A DNA stretch of 58,669 nt from an uncultured Gammaproteobacteria bacterium (GTDB lineage: Bacteria; Patescibacteriota; Patescibacteriia; SBBC01; CAIJZX01): the NCBI GenBank assembly GCA_964349465.1, contig CAYGGC010000007.1, positions 1 through 58,669 on the forward strand. Direction: 5' to 3'. Every line of letters starts with the position of its first letter. The stretch's first letter is position 1. A program made the position numbers and the translations under genes. Positions 27,223-34,711 of the stretch are shown piece by piece. The notes beneath the pieces were generated by a model, which saw only the letters and a list, made by a program, of their open reading frames with translations, had not been told where the DNA came from and ran no database searches.

Positions 27223-28007
27223 AGCACTCCATTGGTATAATCGGGTACGGGATGGTTGGTGGCGCGGTTGGCGCTTGGTTCAAAAAAGCGAAAGTATTTG
27301 ACCGCTCAAAGTTTCCGGATGGCCTAGCAGACGTGAACCAATGCGACATTGTGTTTATCTGTGTTCCGACGCCGTATAAAAAAGCTACGGGCTATGATTA
27401 TCACGCGATTGAGTTAACAGCCAAGCGTTTGATTGGGCACAAAATTGTCGTCTTGAAATCAACCGTACTTCCGGGGAAGACGGCTGAATTACAAAAGAAA
27501 TTTCCGCAACACACCTGGCTGTTCAATCCCGAATTTTTACGTGACAAAACTGCGGTAGAAGATTTTTTGAAATCGGATCGTCAGATTGTGGGAATGGCCA
27601 AAAAAACCGCTAAGCACCTCGCCGCCGCGAAACTGGTAATGAAACTTCTACCCAAGGCGCCATATCAAGCGATCACCACCTCGACTGAGGCTGAGTTGAT
27701 TAAAGAGTTTGCGAACGCGTTCTTGGCGACGAAAGTTGTGTTCGCAAATATGATGTTTGACGTCGCGAAGCAGGTTGGGGCGGATTACGAACAGGTCCGC
27801 CAAGGTGTCGGGAACGATCCTCGCATTACCACGAGCATGATGAAAATTTTCCTCGACGGCTTTCGCGGGTATAGTGGAAAATGCTTCCCGAAAGATATGG
27901 GTGCGATGATTGTCTGGGGGAAGAAAACAAAGCATCATTTGCCGTTACTGGAAATAGCTGACGCGATCAACTGGAAACTTCTTCCGAAGGCTCAACGGAA
28001 GCGATAA
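27219..28007 (+). CDS. short UDP-glucose/GDP-mannose dehydrogenase-family protein
   Basis: Rossmann IGIIGYGMVGG and catalytic-Cys motif GYSGKCFPKD. Lacks the usual C-terminal domain (262 aa). Confidence 0.7.
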   Translation: MKHSIGIIGYGMVGGAVGAWFKKAKVFDRSKFPDGLADVNQCDIVFICVPTPYKKATGYDYHAIELTAKRLIGHKIVVLKSTVLPGKTAELQKKFPQHTWLFNPEFLRDKTAVEDFLKSDRQIVGMAKKTAKHLAAAKLVMKLLPKAPYQAITTSTEAELIKEFANAFLATKVVFANMMFDVAKQVGADYEQVRQGVGNDPRITTSMMKIFLDGFRGYSGKCFPKDMGAMIVWGKKTKHHLPLLEIADAINWKLLPKAQRKR

Positions 28008-28013
28008 CCCCTT

Positions 28014-28607
28014 ATGGCTATTTCGGCGTCGGCGAAGAAAAAGCTCGAGGCCTTATCAACGGCGATTCACAACTGTACCGCCTGTCCGCTGGCGGCAGGT
28101 CGGTTGACCGCCGTGCCTGGTGATGGAGATCCCGCCTCAGAGATTTTGTTTATCGGCGAAGGACCAGGAAAAAAAGAAGATGAAACAGGCCATCCGTTCG
28201 TCGGTGCGGCCGGAAAATTTTTGGACGAAATGTTGAAGGCGATTGGAAAAACGCGGGCTGAGGTGTTTGTCACAAACGTGGTGAAATGTCGGCCGCCAGA
28301 AAATCGCGATCCCGAGCCAGAAGAAATTACAACCTGTACCGATCGATTTCTCTGGCAGCAAATTGAATTAATGAATCCAAAATTGATTGTGACGCTCGGT
28401 CGTCATTCGATGGGATTATTTTTACCGCCAGAGATGAAAATAAGTCAGGTGCACGGCCAACCGAAAAAGGTGAAGAACCGCGTGGTTCTACCGTTATATC
28501 ATCCGGCGGCCGCCCTGTATAACGGCGGGATGCGTGCGACGCTACTGTACGATTTTAAAAAAATACCGTTGGTCGTAAAAAAAATCGATGCGAAAACAGC
28601 GCACTAA
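28014..28607 (+). CDS. family 4 uracil-DNA glycosylase
   Basis: CTACPL Fe-S cysteines, GEGPG, HPFVGAAG and HPAAALY. Confidence 0.9.
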   Translation: MAISASAKKKLEALSTAIHNCTACPLAAGRLTAVPGDGDPASEILFIGEGPGKKEDETGHPFVGAAGKFLDEMLKAIGKTRAEVFVTNVVKCRPPENRDPEPEEITTCTDRFLWQQIELMNPKLIVTLGRHSMGLFLPPEMKISQVHGQPKKVKNRVVLPLYHPAAALYNGGMRATLLYDFKKIPLVVKKIDAKTAH

Positions 28608-29139
28608 TCTCCCGCCGGGTTTTAAGAAAATCGGGCCCACGACCTGGATGGAAATTTGGCGTCGATGGCAACGCGTGGAAGGGCGGCTAACAAAATGGCG
28701 ACCCCATTTTCGACGCGAGGGATTTCGAACTTGGGCTGAATGGCGGGAGGCGGTTGTGGTCGCGCCGTTTGATCTGACACGGCGTCAATGGTCGGTCTAC
28801 CGAGTCACCGACGCGCAGGTTATTCCAACCTGGTCCGGCGGACCGTTTCCGCGCTGGATAGCCGGACCGTACCGCGGGGCACAGACTCGAACATTTCGTT
28901 GGCTTGCGTCGACTGGGCGGACGAACGAAGACGTCCGTACACGAACAATACAAAAACTGCCGACGACGATGTTTATGTTTGGTCTGCGTTATCGGGGGAA
29001 GATTGTCATTCTCGACGGTATGCATCGCTGTGCTGAAATTACCCGACGAGTTCAGCGTGGCGAACCGGTTCCGGTCACGATCACGCTCGCCGTAGCGAAT
29101 GTTAAAAAACTGCCGAAGGTTAAGCCGTGGTTGCGGTAG
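28588..29139 (+). CDS. W/R-rich hypothetical protein with ParB/Srx-like DGxHR motif
   Basis: 183 aa. ILDGMHRC resembles the ParB-like nuclease signature. 20-nt overlap with the udg gene. Confidence 0.45.
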   Translation: MRKQRTNLPPGFKKIGPTTWMEIWRRWQRVEGRLTKWRPHFRREGFRTWAEWREAVVVAPFDLTRRQWSVYRVTDAQVIPTWSGGPFPRWIAGPYRGAQTRTFRWLASTGRTNEDVRTRTIQKLPTTMFMFGLRYRGKIVILDGMHRCAEITRRVQRGEPVPVTITLAVANVKKLPKVKPWLR

Positions 29140-29373
29140 GCTTGATTTCCGAATTATCGTGTGGTACAGTACGCCAGCCAATGAGGAATAATGGCCATCC
29201 CGCTTTACAGCGGGATAAACTCCGCCAAGTGGGTCGAGTCCAAGAGGACGAGACGGTCAGGAGCGAACCGGCATCAGCCGGAGAGCGTCCGATGATCTGC
29301 CCGTGGCAGATCATCGCTGACCAGGAAAGGCACGGGTCTATCCCTCATAATACCGTAGAGCAAAATATCTTTC

Positions 29374-29448
29374 GGCCACGTAGCCAAGTGGTAAGGCACG
29401 GGTCTGCAAAACCTGTATTCGGCGGTTCGATTCCGCCCGTGGCCTCCA
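29374..29448 (+). tRNA. tRNA-Cys(GCA), CCA encoded
   Basis: Cloverleaf folded by hand: acceptor GGCCACG/CGTGGCC, anticodon loop CTGCAAA, T-loop GGTTCGATTCC. Confidence 0.9.
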
Positions 29449-29467
29449 AAAAATTGCAGTACACCAT

Positions 29468-29542
29468 GCGGGTGTAGTTCAGTGGTAGAACGCTTCCTTG
29501 CCAAGGAAGAGGTCGCCGGTTCGATCCCGGTCGCCCGCTCCA
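29468..29542 (+). tRNA. tRNA-Gly(GCC), CCA encoded
   Basis: Acceptor GCGGGTG/CGCCCGC, anticodon stem-loop CTTCC-TTGCCAA-GGAAG, T-loop TTCGATC. Confidence 0.9.
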
Positions 29543-29545
29543 AAA
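29502..29545 (+). repeat. direct repeat copy 1 (attL-like, inside tRNA-Gly)
   Basis: CAAGGAAGAGGTCGCCGGTTCGATCCCGGTCGCCCGCTCCAAAA, identical to 33078-33121. Confidence 0.9.
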
Positions 29546-29631
29546 GTAATAAAGATAGGCATAAACTAACATTTACGCCTGTTTCGTGTACCTCTTCCGA
29601 ACGGGAAGTGAGCGTCACGACCTACTCCAGT

Positions 29632-29670
29632 AATCACAACCACTTCTGTGGCCGGGAAGTGGTCGTGATT
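29632..29670 (+). other. 15-bp imperfect hairpin just inside the island
   Basis: AATCACAACCACTTC-9 nt-GAAGTGGTCGTGATT (one mismatch) followed by TTTT. CGGGAAGTG is repeated at 29602 and 29652. Confidence 0.4.
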
Positions 29671-29780
29671 TTCGGTACAGCACTTTCTTGCGCGTCGCGT
29701 ATCGCAGGATGAGAAGCCAACAACACACCAACCCCGCTTACTAGACAAGACGATGGTAATATGTTCTCATTGCTTTGTTT

Positions 29781-30767
29781 ATGATTATTGATCTGCGTGA
29801 ACCATCTGAAGAAGAGTACCGCTTTGCAACATATCTGCACTATGTTGATAGTCTTCGCAACCTCATCACTTATTACCACAACCCACTCGGGGCGCTTTTG
29901 ATGCTCTGTCGTGACTCGACACACTTCGCGCACATTCAACGCAACACTAGCGCAGATATTGCCCGGATAGCACTAAAGCTGCGTAATGCCTGGTCAACGG
30001 AATTATCGTTGCGCTTTACGGGCCTGTTAGGCAACGGGCTTGTGCGGTATGCAAATCATTGGGCACCTGTTCAGACCTACTACTCTGCGTATCTTGCCGC
30101 TCAGGGATTTTTTCTGGCATGTAACCGATCTGAATCTCGGAGTCATTCATCCGGGCTATCTCAACTGGCAGCTGACATTGGCGATGGCCGGTTAATCATG
30201 CCCGCACCGTTATCAGCCCTTTCAATTTCAACGACCATAACAGACACAACGGGGTTTTCCGAGGTTCCGACAAATATCACGATAACGCCGGTCAGTTCAA
30301 TAGCCCATACTAGCAGTAATAATTGGTGGAACCTCTATGCTCTAGCATTGCGAACAACCAGGGAGCGCCTCCTAGAGGAGCGGGTTGACCAATGGCGACG
30401 ACAAAACAAGACTGCTGGGGGTAAGCCGCGAAAGAATGTTCCTGCTTCAGTACGATCGGATCAAGACACTGCCCTGCGTCCTGTCTCAATATTTGATTTC
30501 TTGTACAGGATGCGCATCCGTTCCAATTATCGTGACGCCGACACGTTCTTGGAACAACGTGTTTCAGACCAGGAAGCTGCGCAGTTTAACACGGCGTTAT
30601 TAGATATTGAGTATACGCTTTTATTAGTACTTGAAGCGCACATAAGACAACATATTGGTCGCGACGCTTACGCAAATATTGTGCAAGACTTTGTTGCGAA
30701 GGTACCTGATATTGTTGAGACTATCCCGGTTGAACAGCGCCTTCAATTAATAGAGCAGTACTGCTAA
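29781..30767 (+). CDS. island protein A, uncharacterised (about 328 aa)
   Basis: Long ORF preceded by an extended -10 (TGGTAATAT, 29754-29762). No Shine-Dalgarno and no family recognised by eye. Contains a FLYRMRIRSNYRD segment. Alternative start TTG 29775. Confidence 0.6.
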   Translation: MIIDLREPSEEEYRFATYLHYVDSLRNLITYYHNPLGALLMLCRDSTHFAHIQRNTSADIARIALKLRNAWSTELSLRFTGLLGNGLVRYANHWAPVQTYYSAYLAAQGFFLACNRSESRSHSSGLSQLAADIGDGRLIMPAPLSALSISTTITDTTGFSEVPTNITITPVSSIAHTSSNNWWNLYALALRTTRERLLEERVDQWRRQNKTAGGKPRKNVPASVRSDQDTALRPVSIFDFLYRMRIRSNYRDADTFLEQRVSDQEAAQFNTALLDIEYTLLLVLEAHIRQHIGRDAYANIVQDFVAKVPDIVETIPVEQRLQLIEQYC

Positions 30768-30964
30768 CTTCACCTGAAGGGCCATGAGGCGACCGTGAGT
30801 CTCGAGGGAAGGAAGTGCCACGCACTACGTTCTGTGTCACTTGACGTACTGCTACTTTTATGTTAGTAATATTCGTTATTGTTGTTATTTCCCGCCCATT
30901 TACAAACGCGTCTATGACGCTATATACGACATAACACCAATCGCTAACGCCTTCCTATTGGAGG

Positions 30965-32887
30965 ATGCACGTGAGAATTACTCCTCGTCCTTATCAACGG
31001 ACAGCAGTGCAGGCAGCCCTCAAGGCTCTTCGGGGACGATTCAAAAAAGCCCTCGTGGTCTTGGCAACTGGTCTGGGAAAGACGTACACCGCCGCTTTCA
31101 TCGCGCAGGAATTTCGCGCGAAACGCATTCTGTTTCTCGTGCACAACAACTTCATTCTTGACCATGCCATGTCTGAATTCAGCCATGTCTTCGGTGCGAA
31201 GACGAAGATGGCAATGTTCAACGGCATGTCCAAGAACGGATCGCCTGAAGCAGACATTGTCTTTGCCACCTGGCAAACGATGGGCAAGAACCTGAAACGA
31301 TGGCGACGCGATCATTTCGATCTCGTCATCGTCGATGAAGCGCACCACACGGAGGCCGAAACGTATCGACCGGTTGTTGAATATTTCACCGGGCCGAAGC
31401 TCGGCATCACCGCTACGCCAGACCGCTTGGACAAAGCGGATATCCGTGACATTTTCGGCTCAGAAGTCGCCAACATCACCCTCGAAGAAGCGATAGCCCG
31501 CGGGTGGCTACCTCGGATCGAGTATCACGTCATTACTGACGAGAGTCTCGATGAGGACGCCTTGCAGCAAATCGCTCGCGAAATCCGAGAGGCGCGGAGG
31601 CGCTTCACGATGGCGGAGGTCAACCGCCGCATCTTCATTCGCAAGCGTGATAAGGAGATTGCTCGGATCATTAATGGCTACACTGAAAAGGCCATTGTGT
31701 TCTGCGCCTCCATCAAACACGCCGAGCGGATGAATAAGTCACTTGTCCTTTCCTCAGTCTTTCACTCAGAAGCTGGGAGTGGACAGAAAGAGGTCTGGCA
31801 CAATAACCAGGTTGCACTTGAAGGACTCAAGAATGGAACCATCCGTCGCATTTGCTCCGTCAATGCGTTCAACGAAGGAGTAAATGTTCCCTCAGTTGGG
31901 CTAGTGGCATTCTGTCGAGTCACCAGCGCGCAAACGATCTTCCGGCAGCAGTTGGGCCGGGGGCTTCGTCCGGGTAAGGACAAGCTCATCGTCCTCGACT
32001 TCGTTGGGAACCTGGAGCGAATCCAGCAAGTGCAGGCGATGATGAATACTACCGCTGATATGCACGAGCAATTTACTCCACAACAAGATCGCGAGCGCGA
32101 AGGGTACGAACGTCAGCGGTTTGAAGTCTCCGGAGCTGGATTCGAGTTCACATTCTCTGACCGAATCGTGGACTTGATGAAGATTCTGGAACATGTCGAA
32201 AGCGACTTCTACCCCACGTGTCAGGAGGCAGGTAATGCTGCTGTGGCTATGGGCATTAAAATAGCCCGAGAGTATAAACTGCGATATAAGGAAGACCCTC
32301 GATTGCACTCAAATCCGAAGGTGCTTTATGGGGATTTTCCATCCTGGCCAGAGTTTCTTGGTCGGCCCAAAGTTGCGCCTTACGGTTCATGGCAAGAGGC
32401 TAGCAAAGCTGCCATTCACCTCGAGGCCACTTCAGCCAAGGAATACTTCGCAGCCATCGCGCGAGATCCTCGCTTGCCTTCCAATCCATACGTCTACTAC
32501 GAAGACTTTCCAGGGTTCCCGGTATTCCTTGGAAAGTCGGTAATAGATCATTATGGCACCTGGGAGGAGGCGAGCACGGCGACAAGGCAGCTAGGCATTA
32601 ACACTCAAACTGAATACTCCGTGTATCACAAAAAGGATCCCCGCCTACCCTCGTCTCCTCTTAGTAAATACCAAGACTTCCCGGGCTGGGATGCGTTCTT
32701 CGGAAGGGAGAAGAAGAGGCTCTACTCCACATGGCTTGATGCAAGTCAGTCCGCCATCTCGCTAGGGTTTAAGTCCAAATCGGAATACTCATTAGGGTAT
32801 AAAAGAGATCCTCGGTTACCGGCTTCCCCTGGCGAGGCATATGAAGACTTCCCAGGCTGGAAGAAGTTTCTCGGAAAGGAGAAATAG
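30965..32887 (+). CDS. SF2 helicase (ResIII/DEAH + helicase-C) with four C-terminal tandem repeats
   Basis: PYQ (Q-motif), Walker A ATGLGKT, DEAH, TATP and QQLGRGLR. GGAGG is followed by ATG 30965 and GTG 30971. Confidence 0.85.
   Translation: MHVRITPRPYQRTAVQAALKALRGRFKKALVVLATGLGKTYTAAFIAQEFRAKRILFLVHNNFILDHAMSEFSHVFGAKTKMAMFNGMSKNGSPEADIVFATWQTMGKNLKRWRRDHFDLVIVDEAHHTEAETYRPVVEYFTGPKLGITATPDRLDKADIRDIFGSEVANITLEEAIARGWLPRIEYHVITDESLDEDALQQIAREIREARRRFTMAEVNRRIFIRKRDKEIARIINGYTEKAIVFCASIKHAERMNKSLVLSSVFHSEAGSGQKEVWHNNQVALEGLKNGTIRRICSVNAFNEGVNVPSVGLVAFCRVTSAQTIFRQQLGRGLRPGKDKLIVLDFVGNLERIQQVQAMMNTTADMHEQFTPQQDREREGYERQRFEVSGAGFEFTFSDRIVDLMKILEHVESDFYPTCQEAGNAAVAMGIKIAREYKLRYKEDPRLHSNPKVLYGDFPSWPEFLGRPKVAPYGSWQEASKAAIHLEATSAKEYFAAIARDPRLPSNPYVYYEDFPGFPVFLGKSVIDHYGTWEEASTATRQLGINTQTEYSVYHKKDPRLPSSPLSKYQDFPGWDAFFGREKKRLYSTWLDASQSAISLGFKSKSEYSLGYKRDPRLPASPGEAYEDFPGWKKFLGKEK
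32210..32884 (+). repeat. four tandem ~57-codon repeats (W-x-E/D-A...EY...DPRLP-x-x-P...Y-x-DFPGW-x-x-FLG)
   Basis: Read directly from the translated helicase C-terminus. Resembles the so-called integrase-repeat unit. Confidence 0.8.
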
Positions 32888-32917
32888 GCAGGAGTCTAAC
32901 TGTTCATTAGTGCTACA

Positions 32918-32952
32918 ACCGGCAAAGGTATAATCCTCTGCCGGTCTTTTTT
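32918..32952 (+). terminator. intrinsic terminator after the helicase
   Basis: ACCGGCA-14 nt-TGCCGGT followed by CTTTTTT. Confidence 0.55.
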
Positions 32953-33077
32953 ATCCGCTCTCGACAGGTACCGCGATCTGGCATACACTACGTGCGTCGT
33001 TCTTATTCATCCCTGTTACGTAACGATCCGCTTCAATTGAGTCGGATCCGACGCACTCTTCTCGCCTGTTGTACTGG

Positions 33078-33121
33078 CAAGGAAGAGGTCGCCGGTTCGA
33101 TCCCGGTCGCCCGCTCCAAAA
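33078..33121 (+). repeat. direct repeat copy 2 (attR-like tRNA-Gly 3' fragment)
   Basis: Perfect 44-bp copy of 29502-29545 with no 5' half of a tRNA. Confidence 0.9.
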
Positions 33122-33131
33122 AAATCTCACT

Positions 33132-33632
33132 ATGAAAATTTTTCTCACGGGGCAACCTCATGCGGGTAAGTCAACTTTACTGCATAAGGTGATTGAAAAC
33201 GTTCAAGCCAAAAATGGCTTTCTGTCACCGGCAGTCATGGCGGACGGACAACGCATTGGTTTTGATATTGTTAGCGCCCGCGGAACAATCGTTCCACTCG
33301 CCAGAATAAATTCTTCTTCTAGAACGAGAGTTTCTCGTTACGGTGTTCATGTGCTCGCAATCGACGATCTTCGTTCCGAACTCCTAAGTATTCAACCAAG
33401 CGATCTTTTATATATTGATGAGATTGGGCAAATGGAATTTCTTTGTCCTTCGTTTGAAAAAGTCCTGCATCAGTATCTCCAGTCGAACAACTCATTTATT
33501 GGAACATTGTCTGCGGTATATTCAAACCCAGTTATTGATAGCATACGATCAAACCCACAATATACAGTAATTGAAATCACCCCAGAAAACCGTGACCAGG
33601 TTGCAAAGGATATAATAAAAATGTTAGGGTAA
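33132..33632 (+). CDS. P-loop NTPase, THEP1/NTPase_1-like
   Basis: MKIFLTGQPHAGKST Walker A and YIDEIGQME Walker B. The upstream ORF extension merely reads through the tRNA fragment. Confidence 0.7.
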   Translation: MKIFLTGQPHAGKSTLLHKVIENVQAKNGFLSPAVMADGQRIGFDIVSARGTIVPLARINSSSRTRVSRYGVHVLAIDDLRSELLSIQPSDLLYIDEIGQMEFLCPSFEKVLHQYLQSNNSFIGTLSAVYSNPVIDSIRSNPQYTVIEITPENRDQVAKDIIKMLG

Positions 33633-33642
33633 ACATCGTTAC

Positions 33643-33728
33643 GCCGCCGTGGTGGAATGGTATACACGAGGGACTTAAAATCCCTTGCCCGCAAGGGCTT
33701 GTCGGTTCGACTCCGACCGGCGGTACCA
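33643..33728 (+). tRNA. tRNA-Leu(TAA), long variable arm, CCA encoded
   Basis: Acceptor GCCGCCG/CGGCGGT, anticodon stem-loop AGGGA-CTTAAAA-TCCCT, variable arm GCCC-GCAA-GGGC. Confidence 0.9.
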
Positions 33729-33870
33729 AATAAATAGGTTGCGCGTGTAGCGCAACAAGAAGAATGACCGTGGGAGAGAGGAGAAGGGCCGAGGACGAAT
33801 TGCCAGTGGCAATTCACCGCAGGCCCAGGGTCGACGAGACGCGGAGCTAGACGAGTCGACCGACTCCGAC

Positions 33871-33893
33871 CGGCGGTACCAAAAAAAACTCTT
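33871..33893 (+). repeat. 23-bp copy of the tRNA-Leu 3' end
   Basis: CGACTCCGACCGGCGGTACCAAA, identical to 33708-33730. Confidence 0.85.
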
Positions 33894-33940
33894 AAACAAA
33901 ACCACCTCGATGAACTCGGGGTGGTTTTGCCATGCTTGTT

Positions 33941-34477
33941 TTAAATGATTTCGATCGTGACCGTTCGGACTCCCCACTGCATTGCTTGCGCGCGAGTGGT
34001 CATCCAAATATCGATCTTGCGAGTGCCCCAGCGGGCGTTCATTCGGTCTTCGATGGTAAAGACTTTATCACCGAAGTATTCTGGAATCCGCACTTTCGTC
34101 CCGAACGGTATACCGTTCATGGCGAGCATCCCATCATGGACTTTCGCGCCGGAAGCGGCGGTAAACGGATCCCCATCCGTCTGATCGACCGTCGAACTAT
34201 AGGCGCTGGCGCGGACCACAAGTCGTTTTTTGACTGGCTTGTCGGCGACGGCCGGTAGTTTCACGGTTGGTTCGGGTTCAGTCACGGTGACCGGCGCCTC
34301 CACCACCTGTGCGATTTCAGCGAGACTGTTAGCAGGGGTTGGTTCTGGCGCGGCCGCGGCGGCCGACTGGATTTGCGGAAACGAGAGATTGAGAATGAGC
34401 GAGGCGAGAGCCAGCGTAAACAGATGCTTGAGACGCTGGCGAATCTTGCGTCGGAACATACGTCGTCGAGTCAACAA
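33941..34477 (-). CDS. secreted 3D-domain protein (MltA-like fold, cell-wall hydrolase type)
   Basis: Signal-anchor N-terminus. RASAYSSTVDQTDGDPFTAASG...IDIWM 3D-domain pattern. ATG 34459 is an alternative start. Confidence 0.8.
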   Translation of the reverse strand: MLTRRRMFRRKIRQRLKHLFTLALASLILNLSFPQIQSAAAAAPEPTPANSLAEIAQVVEAPVTVTEPEPTVKLPAVADKPVKKRLVVRASAYSSTVDQTDGDPFTAASGAKVHDGMLAMNGIPFGTKVRIPEYFGDKVFTIEDRMNARWGTRKIDIWMTTRAQAMQWGVRTVTIEII

Positions 34478-34606
34478 TAAGACCGAGAGCTGATTTTCTC
34501 CGTCACAATGTCATTTTTTGCTCCGGCGGATCATAGCCCAGCTCTGATCCAAAGAAACAACCCTAGAGACACTAGGGTAGCTGGGAGCCGACACCTTATA
34601 CGAAAA
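34478..34606 (-). promoter_or_regulatory. structured 5' leader (pseudoknot candidate) of the 3D-domain gene
   Basis: On the minus strand, GCTCC/GGAGC closes the structure. CCCAGCT/AGCTGGG, the CCCTAG-TGTCT-CTAGGG hairpin and GGATC/GATCC interleave within it. A downstream CAGCTCT offers an alternative pairing. Confidence 0.35.
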
Positions 34607-34673
34607 AGCCCATTTTGTCAATGGTCGGATTGGGTTACACGACCGAATTTTGGCTAAGATAAAAGAAAACCAC

Positions 34674-34706
34674 CGCATTGTCGCAGTGGTGTTTTTAGTC
34701 TAGCCT
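34674..34706 (-). terminator. intrinsic terminator
   Basis: Hairpin ACCACTGCGACAATGCGGTGGT followed by TTTTCTTTT (minus strand). Confidence 0.55.
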
Positions 34707-34711
34707 GAGCC

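Larger units (their letters stand above)
29543..33121 (+). mobile_element. tRNA-Gly-associated genomic island (no recombinase gene)
   Basis: Bounded by the intact tRNA 3' half and a perfect 44-bp copy of it. Carries two CDSs with their own promoter-like boxes and a terminator. Confidence 0.7.

Noticed and set aside
29140-29373. Possible SRP RNA or RNase P RNA, suggested by GGTCAGG...CAGCC and AGGAAAGGCACGGG strings.
   Set aside because: There is no GNRA-capped helix-8 geometry. The segment is too short for RNase P, and the CR-I-like string is in the wrong position. Identity is left open.
29274-29618. ORFs crossing the tRNA-Cys/tRNA-Gly genes, and the N-terminal extension of ORF 33069-33632.
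   Set aside because: They read through tRNA sequence or the tRNA-fragment repeat. The NTPase has a proper ATG at 33132 right before its Walker A motif.
34478-34606. Assignment of the 3D-gene leader to the c-di-AMP (ydaO) riboswitch class.
   Set aside because: Only a CAGCTACCCTAG string loosely resembles the ydaO 3' block. The conserved GGGGA-CCA and GGGGUGAAUC elements are absent.
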